From Octopus sinensis (taxonomy: Eukaryota): a stretch of DNA of 37,461 nt. The stretch is from positions 1 through 37,461 of the forward strand of contig NW_021835933.1 of NCBI RefSeq assembly GCF_006345805.1. Direction: 5' to 3'. The notes under the pieces were generated by a model that was not told the DNA's origin, did no database searches, and worked only from the letters and a program-made list of their open reading frames with translations. Of this stretch, positions 23,141-33,870 are shown one piece after another (within the stretch, counting starts at the first letter, position 1; each line of letters opens with the position of its first letter). A program made the position numbers and the translations under genes.

Positions 23141-24215
23141 ATGAGAAACTGTGGGTTGCGTACGGCAAAACTACTAGCTCTCCACAACGGAATCGACAAA
23201 TGTGGTAAGTTGTATTTAAAATAAAAAATTTTGATTAACTAATTTTTGTTTATTATTAGCTTTAAATATTGTAATAATAAATATAATGTTAAAGCTAGTT
23301 TTTGACTGTTCGAAGTGGATTCCCAATGAAAGTGTTTGGAAGAAGTGCATTTCTTCAATTGATTACATCGAAGCAGTGAAATTTGAAACTTTGCGACATA
23401 AAAACGCAACAAAAAATTCTTTAGTTGAAAATAAAATAATATAAAATTAGATTGGTCGACTATTAATACGATACTCAGTGACTCAATTGTTGGGCATACG
23501 CTGGAATTGTATAGATCTCAGACGTAGTTCCTATAATCGACCTTATATCACTGTTCAAGCCAGTTGGATTTCAATTTGGCTCACGATGATGATCTTGTAA
23601 TTTGTGTGGCCTCGAAATACCATTTTATTGGTGTAGACATTCTATATATAATAATAGTAAAAATGTATGCTTTAAATATAAAAAGGAAAAGATACAATTG
23701 AAGACTACACATTACTTGTTCAGAAGAAAACAAGTTCGAAGAGTTTTAATTATATTTTTGGCTCTTCTGAAGGAAGACTGTCCAGATTCTATCGAATTTG
23801 GGTGTTCGGTTGTTTATTGATAACTAGGTCCTCAGTGAGAGTTATATAAAGGCAATTGGAAGGGGGCTGGGATTCAGTATTAACCGTCTTGATTTCAACA
23901 TTTCGGAAGAAGATGTTTGGCCATGTTTTTCAACAACTGTTTCTGTTGATGGAGTTTTACAGAATAATGTTACATTTGAAGAGCTTAAATTAGGCAACAA
24001 CGACCATCTAGCTGCAATCTGTCTTATTTCTTCAAATATAAATGTACTAAATTTGCATTTTATTTTTATAGGTCTGTGAAGATTCGTGTGTTATAAATTC
24101 AGTTTTTCAATATTTGACTATTGATCAACTTTTGGCAAATTCAACCAAAGTGTTGCAAGTGGATAAAAAAATTTCCCAATGTTGGTTGGATTTTATATCT
24201 AAAAAAGATTCTTAA
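23141..24215 (+). CDS. AASDHPPT: Sfp-type 4'-phosphopantetheinyl transferase, copy 1
   Basis: Spliced product LVFDCSKWIP..IGRLLIR..FNLAHDDDLV..IGVDI..RFYRIWVLSESYIKAIGRGLGF..FEELKL follows the AASDHPPT motif order. Start is ATG 23286, or 23141 via a 55-nt intron. As assembled there is a -1 at ~23549 and a +2 at ~23651 relative to copy 2, likely sequencing errors. Confidence 0.85.
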
Positions 24216-24769
24216 TAAATTATTTAAATCTGAAATAAGGGATATTTGTCGGGTTTTTCCATTGTGTTGATTAGCTATAGACTACTTCTTACGAATATTG
24301 TATTCAAAAATAATAATTTATATGTCTAAGTTCGATTCGAAATCCCTCTGAAAGTAACTTGTGTATAATTTTAGATAAGATAAAGTTGTATTTATTTCAT
24401 GATAACAATTTTACTAATAAAAATAAAGATTGGTAGTTCTTTTAAAGAATAGACTTTTACTATCACAACACAGTCATCATAATCACCCGAATATGCTAAT
24501 TGTTATCACATGCTTTGTATCCATAGAACTATAACAAAAATAGTTAGAGCTGAAAGTAGAATGTATTTTCATTAAGAGGAGTATCTCTTAGTGACAAATT
24601 GGAAAATGATTTACCGATAGTCATGGTTTATTAAAACCTGTAAAGAACTATTTTACGATTTTTCAAATAAAGCAGAAATTGTGAATACTACTAAACACTC
24701 TGAGAAAACATTTCTCACTCGTTACACTCGGTCGCATAACCCGAACTGTTAATGAATATTTTTCCCCCA

Positions 24770-25640
24770 GTCATAGCGGATTCAGGGCTAGAAGATCCAC
24801 AGCTGATATAATCGTGACCTACTTATCGAGGTTCTGGAAAGCTTTCTAGAGGTGGATGAAGTGATAATGATACGGTTACTGCTTGCTAAGACAGAACTTT
24901 CTGTTCGTATTGAGTCAGTCTCCTCCAGGCGGTTTAAAACAAATGTCGGCACCCCTCAAGGAGATTCTCTCCCCCTCTGCTATTTGTAATCTATCTGGAA
25001 GCCGCCTTGAGAGATTTGAGAACTTTCTATAATGATTTTATCACCGAAAATGTATATGCGGACGATGTGGACTTTGCCTAGGACAACATAGATGATTTAA
25101 TTCATCTAATAAGCAATTCCCACGGGTGCTTAACAAATGGTTCCTGATAATTAACACTTCCAAAACTGAATTGACGGAGATAAAACAAATGGACACCAGA
25201 ATTGGTGAAACATGGAAAAACGTCAACAAACTCAGCTCTCTACTTGGAGACAGTGAAGACATTTCTCGCAGAAAGATGCTTGCTACCGCGGCTCTAAGCA
25301 GAATACGTGAAAAATGGCTCCAAGCTTGGCTGATAAATCGGGCCCTCAGATCAATGCTTTATAATGCATTCGTAAAGCCTGTTCTACTATACAACTCGTC
25401 AACATGGGGGATTTCGGACACTGAACTGAAGACTATAGACTCTTCACCGTAAACAACTACGTCTCTTACATGGAATACACTGGCCATCAAAAATTAACAA
25501 TCTATTACTGTATAGACATTACGATGCTACACCGTTGTCTCAAGAAATCGTTGGAGGCGGTGGAAATTATTAGGCAATATTTTGCGAATGGACCCCAGAA
25601 CTCCGGCCAATCGGGCATGGACGATTATACAAATTAGTAA
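24770..25640 (+). mobile_element. RTE-like retrotransposon RT fragment, copy 1
   Basis: GTPQGDS.SP.LF.IYLEAALR, VYADDVDF, INTSKTE, FVKPVLLYNSSTWG, RWRRWKLLGNILRM. Confidence 0.8.
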
Positions 25641-25696
25641 AAAAATTTAATGAATTTTACATTAAAAATAATATTTTAATAATTAAACATTTTGTT

Positions 25697-25980
25697 TTTT
25701 GTTTTTTTTTTTTTTTACTTAATATATGTATTTTTTTAACAAAAGGAAGAAAATATATGTTAATTAAGGTTGTTTAAGAGCAGAAAGGATAGCGTGGCTA
25801 TTACCCCTGACAACGGTTGTTGAAAGGCGTTGAAACAGCCATTCGGTCTCCTTTCTATCTTTCGTCCGAACCGAGATCAGGGATCCAAGTTTCCTAATGA
25901 AAGCGATTGATTCCGGACCAAAGACTCCGGATGACTCCACAATGATCGGTTGCACTATGAACCTGTCCTTGAGCTCTGAA
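25697..25980 (-). mobile_element. Short CRE-like 3' fragment with A-rich tail, copy 1
   Basis: QPIIVESSGVFG..EWLFQRLSTTVVRGNSHAIL*, a T-run on the plus strand at ~25697-25717, and aacattttgtt on both sides (25686, 26012). Confidence 0.8.
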
Positions 25981-26140
25981 TATTTTAATTTTTTAAAATT
26001 TTAATTTTTTTAACATTTTGTTGTGTAAATTTTTAATTTAGTAAAATTAATGAATGTAATTATTAAGCGTCAATTTTATTCGGACTGTGACAGGACACAT
26101 AAGAAACAAATACAAAAAAGTTTAAAAAAACTCCCAAAAG

Positions 26141-26327
26141 GGAATGCGCCCAAACCGGAAATACTGCAATACCGGGAGGACGCGTGGTAGGGAGGAAGCA
26201 AGCTTCGCAACACATACCAAGGCACAAAATAAGCATTATATCTTGCCCCGTGTAAGGGCGTCCCAGATATAAAGCTGGAAAGAACAGATACTACACTTTG
26301 ATCTTAGCCAAAAGGCCGAGAAGCGAC
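26141..26327 (-). ncRNA. U2: U2 spliceosomal snRNA, full length, copy 1
   Basis: Minus strand reads GTCGCTTCTCGGCCTTTTGGCTAAGATCAAAGTGTAGTATCTGTTCTTTCCAG..., with an Sm-like site (ATTTTG) and stem-loop IV loop ATTGCAGTA in stem ccgg/ccgg; ~187 nt. Confidence 0.97.
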
Positions 26328-26519
26328 AAAAAGAATGTGATTTTCGGTGGGCAACAATTATTCTAACAACAACAAACAGGGTTGTTTGTTTTTGTGCTCA
26401 GTAATAATTATTATAAATTTAAATTTTATAATTATTAATTATATCTATCTTACAAGAGTATAACAAAATTACATTATTATTTTTTGTCTGCGATTACTTT
26501 TCTAATCTGTATTTTTGTC

Positions 26520-27050
26520 TCGTTCGATACCTAGCTTATCGAAACATGGAATCTGTTGAAAAACTTTGACTCACTACTTCGAGATCGGGCGAATATAATG
26601 CGCAGAAAAACTCTTGTCGCTGAGTGTTCGTAAAATCGTTATGTAGGACTGACTACGACATAGTTCTTTGCACCCCTCACTACGCTCCAGAATCTACAAT
26701 ACCTTTGTAAAAACCGTCTTAATTTTAAATCATCTCTATGGCCCATTTCCGATACCAACTAAATAATCTTGACTCTTCACGAAAAACAACTTTGTGTCCT
26801 AATTGAAGTACATTAGTATCAGAAAATCAAACTCATCACTCTACAGGCTCAGCAACTCGGTGCCAATCAGCCGTGACATCATAGACGGCTATGGGAGATC
26901 CTAAGAATGGATCCAACTGCTTCTGCCTACCAGGCCATGGAAAAATACTTCCTATCAGATGGACCAAAATTTCGTGGGCGATCCAAATTATACTGCTGGC
27001 CGTTCTGCAACAAAACGTAAACCCTAAACAACGATAATGACCTGGACCCG
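26520..27050 (+). mobile_element. Older RTE-like fragment, copy 1
   Basis: TWNLLKNFDSLLRDRANIMRRKTL and RRLWEILRMDPTASAYQAMEKYF..FRGR resemble the 24770-25640 family. Confidence 0.65.
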
Positions 27051-27269
27051 AAAATGCATTAATTTAACCACTAGTTACGGACATTGATTTCATGAATCTA
27101 TGCTTGAAGTAAGGTTAAATTTGTTATTTATCGAGTTTAAAAAGTAATAAAGTTTTTTTAATAAATCTAACTCAAATTATTATTTTAATAAATTGTAAGG
27201 AAATCATGTCGATTATTGCTATTCTTTATTTCTAGAACCGCTTAAAGCTAGTTTACTCGACTAATAGCT

Positions 27270-27563
27270 AGCAGCCCCAGTTGCTGAAGACTATGGATGT
27301 TGGAATTCAAACGTCGTGGGTTCGATTCCGATGGAACCAAGTTTTCAGCTGGGGTCAAGTCTTGTCAACGTTCCCCACCCGTGAGGCGACGAGTCCATCT
27401 GGCACGACACAGATGTAGAAAGGGGACCTCCCACCTTCCCCCGATCACATTTCCCGATGAAGAATCTCCATTATGCAAAAAACCCGTCCGGATTCAAATG
27501 AAGTGCGGTGAGCTACGGTAAGAGGCTGACAAATGGGAATGGGCATACCAGAAATTCCCCACC
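27270..27563 (+). mobile_element. GC-rich SINE-like element with Pol III B-box, truncated by the duplication junction
   Basis: GGTTCGATTCC at 27319-27329 lies inside an imperfect inverted repeat (ccccag..ctgaagact / agttttcagctgggg); no complete tRNA cloverleaf is visible. Confidence 0.5.
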
Positions 27564-27670
27564 AGGACTTTGATGTTGGGCATCGTAAAGCCACCACACA
27601 CGTGCAAACGTGAGCCATTGCTGTAGTAGAAAATTTGTAAACTTACTTCAACACGACGAAGGGAAGACAT
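27564..27670 (-). pseudogene. MRPL13: 5' fragment of MRPL13 created by the duplication
   Basis: Exon 1, intron 1 and the start of exon 2 (to ..YDAQHQSP) run directly into the SINE-like sequence at the junction. Confidence 0.9.
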
Positions 27671-27792
27671 AAGTGTTAATTTAAATATTTTTTAAATATT
27701 AATAATATAATTTTTTTATGCAAAAATTTGTCTTCAAAGAGAGAATTAAATAATTAAAAATAGCTGAAGGATTCTGTCTGCACTCATGCGAC

Positions 27793-28846
27793 ATGAGAAA
27801 CTGTGGGTTGCGTACGGCAAAACTACTAGCTCTCCACAACGGAATCGACAAATGTGGTAAGTTGTATTTAAAATAAAAAATTTTGATTAACTATTTTTGT
27901 TTATTATTAGCTTTAAATATTAATAATAAATATAATGTTAAAGCTAGTTTTTGACTGTTCGAAGTGGATTCCCAATGAAAGTGTTTGGAAGAAGTGCATT
28001 TCTTCAATTGATTACATCGAAGCAGTGAAATTTGAAACTTTGCGACATAAAAACGCAACAAAAAATTCTTTAGTTGAAAATAAAATAATATAAAATTAGA
28101 TTGGTCGACTATTAATACGATACTCAGTGACTCAATTGTTGGGCATACGCTGGAATTGTATAGATCTCAGACGTAGTTCCTATAATCGACCTTATATTCA
28201 CTGTTCAAGCCAGTTGGATTTCAATTTGGCTCACGATGATGATCTTGTAATTTGTGTGGCCTCGAAATACCATTTTATTGGTGTAGACATTCTATATATA
28301 AATAGTAAAAATGTATGCTTTAAATATAAAAAGGAAAAGATACAATTGAAGACTACACATTACTTGTTCAGAAGAAAACAAGTTCGAAGAGTTTTAATTA
28401 TATTTTTGGCTCTTCTGAAGGAAGACTGTCCAGATTCTATCGAATTTGGGTGTTCGGTTGTTTATTGATAACTAGGTCCTCAGTGAGAGTTATATAAAGG
28501 CTATTGGAAGGGGGTTGGGATTCAGTATTAACCGTCTTGATTTCAACATTTCGGAAGAAGATGTTTGGCCATGTTTTCAACAACTGTTTCTGTTGATGGA
28601 GTTTTACAGAATAATGTTACATTTGAAGAGCTTAAATTAGGCAACAACGACCATCTAGCTGCAATCTGTCTTATTTCTTCAAATATAAATGTACTAAATT
28701 TGCACTGTGAAGATTCTTGTGCTATAAATTCAGTTTTTCAATATTTGACTATTGATCAACTTTTGGCAAATTCAACCAAAGTGTTGCAAGTGGATAAAAA
28801 AATTTCCCAATGTTGGTTGGATTTTATATCTAAAAAAGATTCTTAA
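27793..28846 (+). CDS. AASDHPPT: Sfp-type phosphopantetheinyl transferase, copy 2
   Basis: Same as copy 1 except that the last intron's acceptor is deleted (still in frame), there is a 1-nt homopolymer frameshift at ~28575, and gt is missing at ~27921. Confidence 0.75.
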
Positions 28847-29399
28847 TAAATTATTTAAATCTGAAATAAGGGATATTTGTCGGGTTTTTCCATTGTGTTG
28901 ATTAGCTATAGACTACTTCTTACGAATATTGTATTCAAAAATAATAATTTATATGTCTAAGTTCGATTCGAAATCCCTCTGAAAGTAACTTGTGTATAAT
29001 TTTAGATAAGATAAAGTTGTATTTATTTCATGATAACAATTTTACTAATAAAAATAAAGATTGGTAGTTCTTTTAAAGAAATAGACTTTTACTATCACAA
29101 CACAGTCATCATAATCACCCGAATATGCTAATTGTTATCACATGCTTTGTATCCATAGAACTATAACAAAAATAGTTAGAGCTGAAAGTAGAATGTATTT
29201 TCATTAAGAGGAGTATCTCTTAGTGACAAATTGGAAAATGATTTACCGATAGTCATGGTTTATTAAAACCTGTAAAGAACTATTTTACGATTTTTCAAAT
29301 AAAGCAGAAATTGTGAATACTACTAAACACTCTGAGAAAACATTTCTCACTCGTTACACTCGGTCGCATAACCCGAACTGTTAATGAATATTTTTCCCC

Positions 29400-30270
29400 C
29401 AGTCATAGCGGATTCAGGGCTAGAAGATCCACAGCTGATATAATCGTGACCTACTTATCGGGGTTCTGGAAAGCTTTCTAGAGGTGGATGAAGTGATAAT
29501 GATACGGTTACTGCTTGCTAAGACAGAACTTTCTGTTCGTATTGAGTCAGTCTCCTCCAGGCGGTTTAAAACAAATGTCGGCACCCCTCAAGGAGATTCT
29601 CTCCCCCTCTGCTATTTGTAATCTATCTGGAAGCCGCCTTGAGAGATTTGAGAACTTTCTATAATGATTTTATCACCGAAAATGTATATGCGGACGATGT
29701 GGACTTTGCCTAGGACAACATAGATGATTTAATTCATCTAATAAGCAATTTCCCACGGGTGCTTAACAAATGGTTCCTGATAATTAACACTTCCAAAACT
29801 GAATTGACGGAGATAAAACAAATGGACACCAGAATTGGTGAAACATGGAAAAACGTCAACAAACTCAGCTCTCTACTTGGAGACAGTGAAGACATTTCTC
29901 GCAGAAAGATGCTTGCTACCGCGGCTCTAAGCAGAATACGTGAAAAATGGCTCCAAGCTTGGCTGATAAATCGGGCCCTCAGATCAATGCTTTATAATGC
30001 ATTCGTAAGCCTGTTCTACTATACAACTCGTCAACATGGGGGATTTCGGACACTGAACTGAAGACTATAGACTCTTCACCGTAAACAACTACGTCTCTTA
30101 CATGGAATACACTGGCCATCAAAAATTAACAATCTATTACTGTATAGACATTACGATGCTACACCGTTGTCTCAAGAAATCGTTGGAGGCGGTGGAAATT
30201 ATTAGGCAATATTTTGCGAATGGACCCCAGAACTCCGGCCAATCGGGCATGGACGATTATACAAATTAGT
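29400..30270 (+). mobile_element. RTE-like RT fragment, copy 2
   Basis: Duplicate of 24770-25640. Confidence 0.8.
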
Positions 30271-30327
30271 AAAAAAATTTAATGAATTTACATTAAAAAT
30301 AATATTTTAATAATTAAACATTTTGTT

Positions 30328-30612
30328 TTTTGTTTTTTTTTTTTTTTTACTTAATATATGTATTTTTTTACAAAAAGGAAGAAAATATATGTTAATTAAG
30401 GTTGTTTAAGAGCAGAAAGGATAGCGTGGCTATTACCCCTGACAACGGTTGTTGAAAGGCGTTGAAACAGCCATTCGGTCTCCTTTCTATCTTTCGTCCG
30501 AACCGAGATCAGGGATCCAAGTTTCCTAATGAAAGCGATTGATTCCGGACCAAAGACTCCGGATGACTCCACAATGATCGGTTGCACTATGAACCTGTCC
30601 TTGAGCTCTGAA
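30328..30612 (-). mobile_element. CRE-like 3' fragment, copy 2
   Basis: Duplicate of 25697-25980. Confidence 0.8.
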
Positions 30613-30772
30613 TATTTTAATTTTTTAAAATTTTAATTTTTTTAACATTTTGTTGTGTAAATTTTTAATTTAGTAAAATTAATGAATGTAATTATTAAGC
30701 GTCAATTTTATTCGGACTGTGACAGGACACATAAGAAACAAATACAAAAAAGTTTAAAAAAACTCCCAAAAG

Positions 30773-30960
30773 GGAATGCGCCCAAACCGGAAATACTGCA
30801 ATACCGGGAGGACGCGTGGTAGGGAGGAAGCAAGCTTCGCAACACATACCAAGGCACAAAAATAAGCATTATATCTTGCCCCGTGTAAGGGCGTCCCAGA
30901 TATAAAGCTGGAAAGAACAGATACTACACTTTGATCTTAGCCAAAAGGCCGAGAAGCGAC
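30773..30960 (-). ncRNA. U2: U2 snRNA, copy 2
   Basis: Identical to copy 1 except that the Sm site reads the canonical ATTTTTG. Confidence 0.97.
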
Positions 30961-31154
30961 AAAAAGAATGTGATTTTCGGTGGGCAACAATTATTCTAAC
31001 AACAACAAACAGGGTTGTTTGTTTTTGTGCTCAGTAATAATTATTATAAATTTAAATTTTATAATTATTAATTATATCTATCTTACAAGAGTATAACAAA
31101 ATTTACATTATTATTTTTTGTCTGCGATTACTTTTCTAATCTGTATTTTTGTCT

Positions 31155-31690
31155 CGTTCGATACCTAGCTTATCGAAACATGGAAACTGTTGAAAAACTT
31201 TGACTCACTACTTCGAGATCGGGCGAATATAATGCGCAGAAAAACTCTTGTCGCTGAGTGTTCGTAAAATCGTTATGTAGGACTGACTACGACATAGTTC
31301 TTTGCACCCCTCACTACGCTCCAGAATCTACAATACCTTTGTAAAAACCGTCTTAATGTTTAAATCATCTCTATGGCCCATTTCCGATACCTAACTAAAT
31401 AATCTTGACTCTTTTCACGAAAAACAACTTTGTGTCCTAATTGAAGTACATTAGTATCAGAAAATCAAAACTCATCACTCTACAGGCTCAGCAACTCGGT
31501 GCCAATCAGCCGTGACATCATAGACGGCTATGGGAGATCCTAAGAATGGATCCAACTGCTTCTGCCTACCAGGCCATGGAAAAATACTTCCTATCAGATG
31601 GACCAAAATTTCGTGGGCGATCCAAATTATACTGCTGGCCGTTCTGCAACAAAACGTAAACCCTAAACAACGATAATGACCTGGACCCGA
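31155..31690 (+). mobile_element. Older RTE-like fragment, copy 2
   Basis: Duplicate of 26520-27050. Confidence 0.65.
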
Positions 31691-31908
31691 AAATGCATTA
31701 ATTTAACCACTAGTTACGACATTGATTTCATGAATCTATGCTTGAAGTAAGGTTAAATTTGTTATTTATCGAGTTTAAAAAGTAATAAAGTTTTTTTAAT
31801 AAATCTAACTCAAATTATTATTTTAATAAATTGTAAGGAAATCATGTCGATTATTGCTATTCTTTATTTCTAGAACCGCTTAAAGCTAGTTTACTCGACT
31901 AATAGCTA

Positions 31909-32290
31909 GCAGCCCCAGTTGCTGAAGACTATGGATGTTGGAATTCAAACGTCGTGGGTTCGATTCCGATGGAACCAAGTTTTCAGCTGGGGTCAAGTCT
32001 TGTCAACGTTCCCCACCCGTGAGGCGACGAGTCCATCTGGCACGACACAGATGTAGAAAGGGGACCTCCCACCTTCCCCCGATCACATTACCGATGAAGA
32101 ATCTCCATTATGCAAAAAACCCGTCCGGATTCAAATGAAGTGCGGTGAGCTACGGTAAGAGGCTGACAAATGGGAACTGGGCATACCAGAAATTCCCCAC
32201 CTCTCTTTGGAGACGGACGGCTGTAATGAAGATTTGGTGGCTAATGTTGATCGGCACACGCGATCCCTTCGTTCCTTGCTCCTTCATTTG
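31909..32290 (+). mobile_element. SINE-like GC-rich element, untruncated copy
   Basis: B-box GGTTCGATTCC at 31957-31967; the GC-rich body continues past the duplication end to ~32290. Confidence 0.5.
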
Positions 32291-32386
32291 ATTAGTTAAA
32301 AATAATTCAGGTTTCACTTTTTGTCAAATAACAATTCATTAATCCTTAAATTTAAATTGAATAATTTTTAAATAGGTAAAATCAAT

Positions 32387-33493
32387 TCAAGATCTCCAGG
32401 AAGAGTTAAACCGAGAGGATAAATCTTTAAATTCATTTCTCTGAAAAATTATACAATCCCACAACTTTATTTTCCAGATCAATCAAAAGCGGGTGATTTG
32501 GGTCATTTTCATGCAACAAAGTCATATAATGAGCATAAACCTGAACATAAATCAATACAAATTAACCTCCTCTGAACCACCAATCCTGTCTACTATTGCT
32601 ATAATGTTGGCCAAAACAGTCCCATCTGAACTATCCTGTAAATATAGTACAAATAATGCGTCTTACTAGTCTAAATGCCTCCAAAAGTAAAGAATATGCC
32701 TCGTCAAGTCGATTTTGTGAAATCAAGGCCACGGCTTGACTGTTCAAAAGAACCGATGATGCTCCAAAACGGTCAATCAGTTCTTTACAAGCCTCAAAAG
32801 CATCGTTTGTCCCCTTTAAGGAATTCTGGGAACAGATTACCGCAAACTTAAACTTACTGAGTATAAATTATATTGAATTGAGGCTAATTGAGAAATAACC
32901 GAGTCTTCGTCTAACATCATTATATTTTTGAGCTGATTTTTTGCTAAATCAGGTCTGTTGAGAGCCAAAAGAAGTTGTATTCTCATAGAAAGGCACTCTA
33001 AGTTATTTTCTTCAGTGGAAATTGACATTAAGCCAGATTTATAGTCCTATGAATATTTTTATCAATAAATTATATATCATGGTTGAATTAATACCTTTTG
33101 ATCTGAAAATATAATAGAAGCCATTATTTGTGCAATAGGACTCATCTTTTCTCCGTTTTGTATTCTCTGTGTAAGATTTTGAACTATTTCGTAACTATTT
33201 TAGCTAAATTCAACATTAATATATACCGAGCAGTATTATTACCACTACTAAAATATTTAGCAGCCATTTTTATTTCTTCTATATCTGGATGAAATTGCTC
33301 GCTATTTATGATGAGGCTGTATTTCTTTTGTGCGAGATAAACTCTGTTAATTAATATTTGTGATTCTGATAATTGCTTAAATGTTAAAATATGTATTTTA
33401 TACTTTTGACTTTAATGCCTCTGATAAGACTTGATTATAATGTCCAGTATGAAAAAAATTCTCCATTTGTATTAATGAATGAGAATAAGCCAT
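32387..33493 (-). CDS. COPE: Coatomer subunit epsilon
   Basis: Spliced via ~25-35 nt introns: MAYSHSLIQMENFFHTGHYNQV..RVYLAQKKY..LECLSMRIQLLLALNRPDLAKNQLKNIMMLDEDSVISQLA..LLNSQAVALISQNR..LANII..PNHPLL..*, matching the epsilon-COP TPR motif order. Confidence 0.93.
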
Positions 33494-33629
33494 TGGACAC
33501 ACAAGAAATTAAAATAAAATTACTTCCGTGTATTATTTTTTAAATAATATCTTTTTTTTTATTTTTTAGATTAAATGTTTATTTCAAAATTTTTATTTAC
33601 TTAGTTTTCCAAGAAAAGAAAATGCTTAT

Positions 33630-33870
33630 TGGTGGATAGCCATTACTTCTGACTATAGCCATGGAGATTCGTTCACCCAAATACAGGTGCTCAGTTGGGT
33701 TGTCCGTAAACCTTTCCAAAAGTCACCCGATGCACTGGAACAGGCTTCAATTAAAAAGGTTTCTTATTTCTGACGTCTTGCATGCCAAGGAGACAAACAA
33801 TCTGCCATTCCCGACATCACTTTATTTTTCTAGTTTCCTCATTTTGATCTGTCCATAGATAGAGGTTTTT
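33630..33870 (-). mobile_element. Degenerate RLE-type (CRE-like) 3' remnant
   Basis: Minus-strand EHLYLGERISMAIVRSNG resembles the terminal RLE motif. Confidence 0.55.

Larger units (their letters stand above)
22913..32201. repeat. Direct tandem duplication, ~4.65 kb x2 (22913-27563 and 27564-32201)
   Basis: Both copies begin aggactttgatgttgggc and end gaaattccccacc. They are near-identical, with about ten substitutions, several 1-2 nt indels and one 16-nt deletion. Confidence 0.97.

Noticed and set aside
23134-23204. RPS29-like peptide MRHEKLW..
   Set aside because: It lacks the CxxC zinc motifs; a different frame splices sensibly into AASDHPPT.
5302-26022. Shared target-site motif for CRE insertions (T4 run)
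   Set aside because: Three TSDs share only a T4 run, on inconsistent strands, which is expected by chance at ~70% AT.
25697-26327. RLE retrotransposon fragment next to U2 as a U2-targeting element (Utopia/Keno-like)
   Set aside because: The fragment lies ~160 bp beyond the U2 3' end, U2 is uninterrupted, and the same family is inserted at unrelated sites in this window.
27300-27345. tRNA gene
   Set aside because: Only a T-arm/B-box is present; no acceptor stem, D-arm or anticodon arm can be formed.
32030-32260. HDV-like or hammerhead ribozyme
   Set aside because: Partial pairings (gtccatct/agacggac, ggctaa) exist, but P2/P3/P1.1 could not be satisfied together and there is no CUGAUGA..GAAA core; kept only as an untested possibility.
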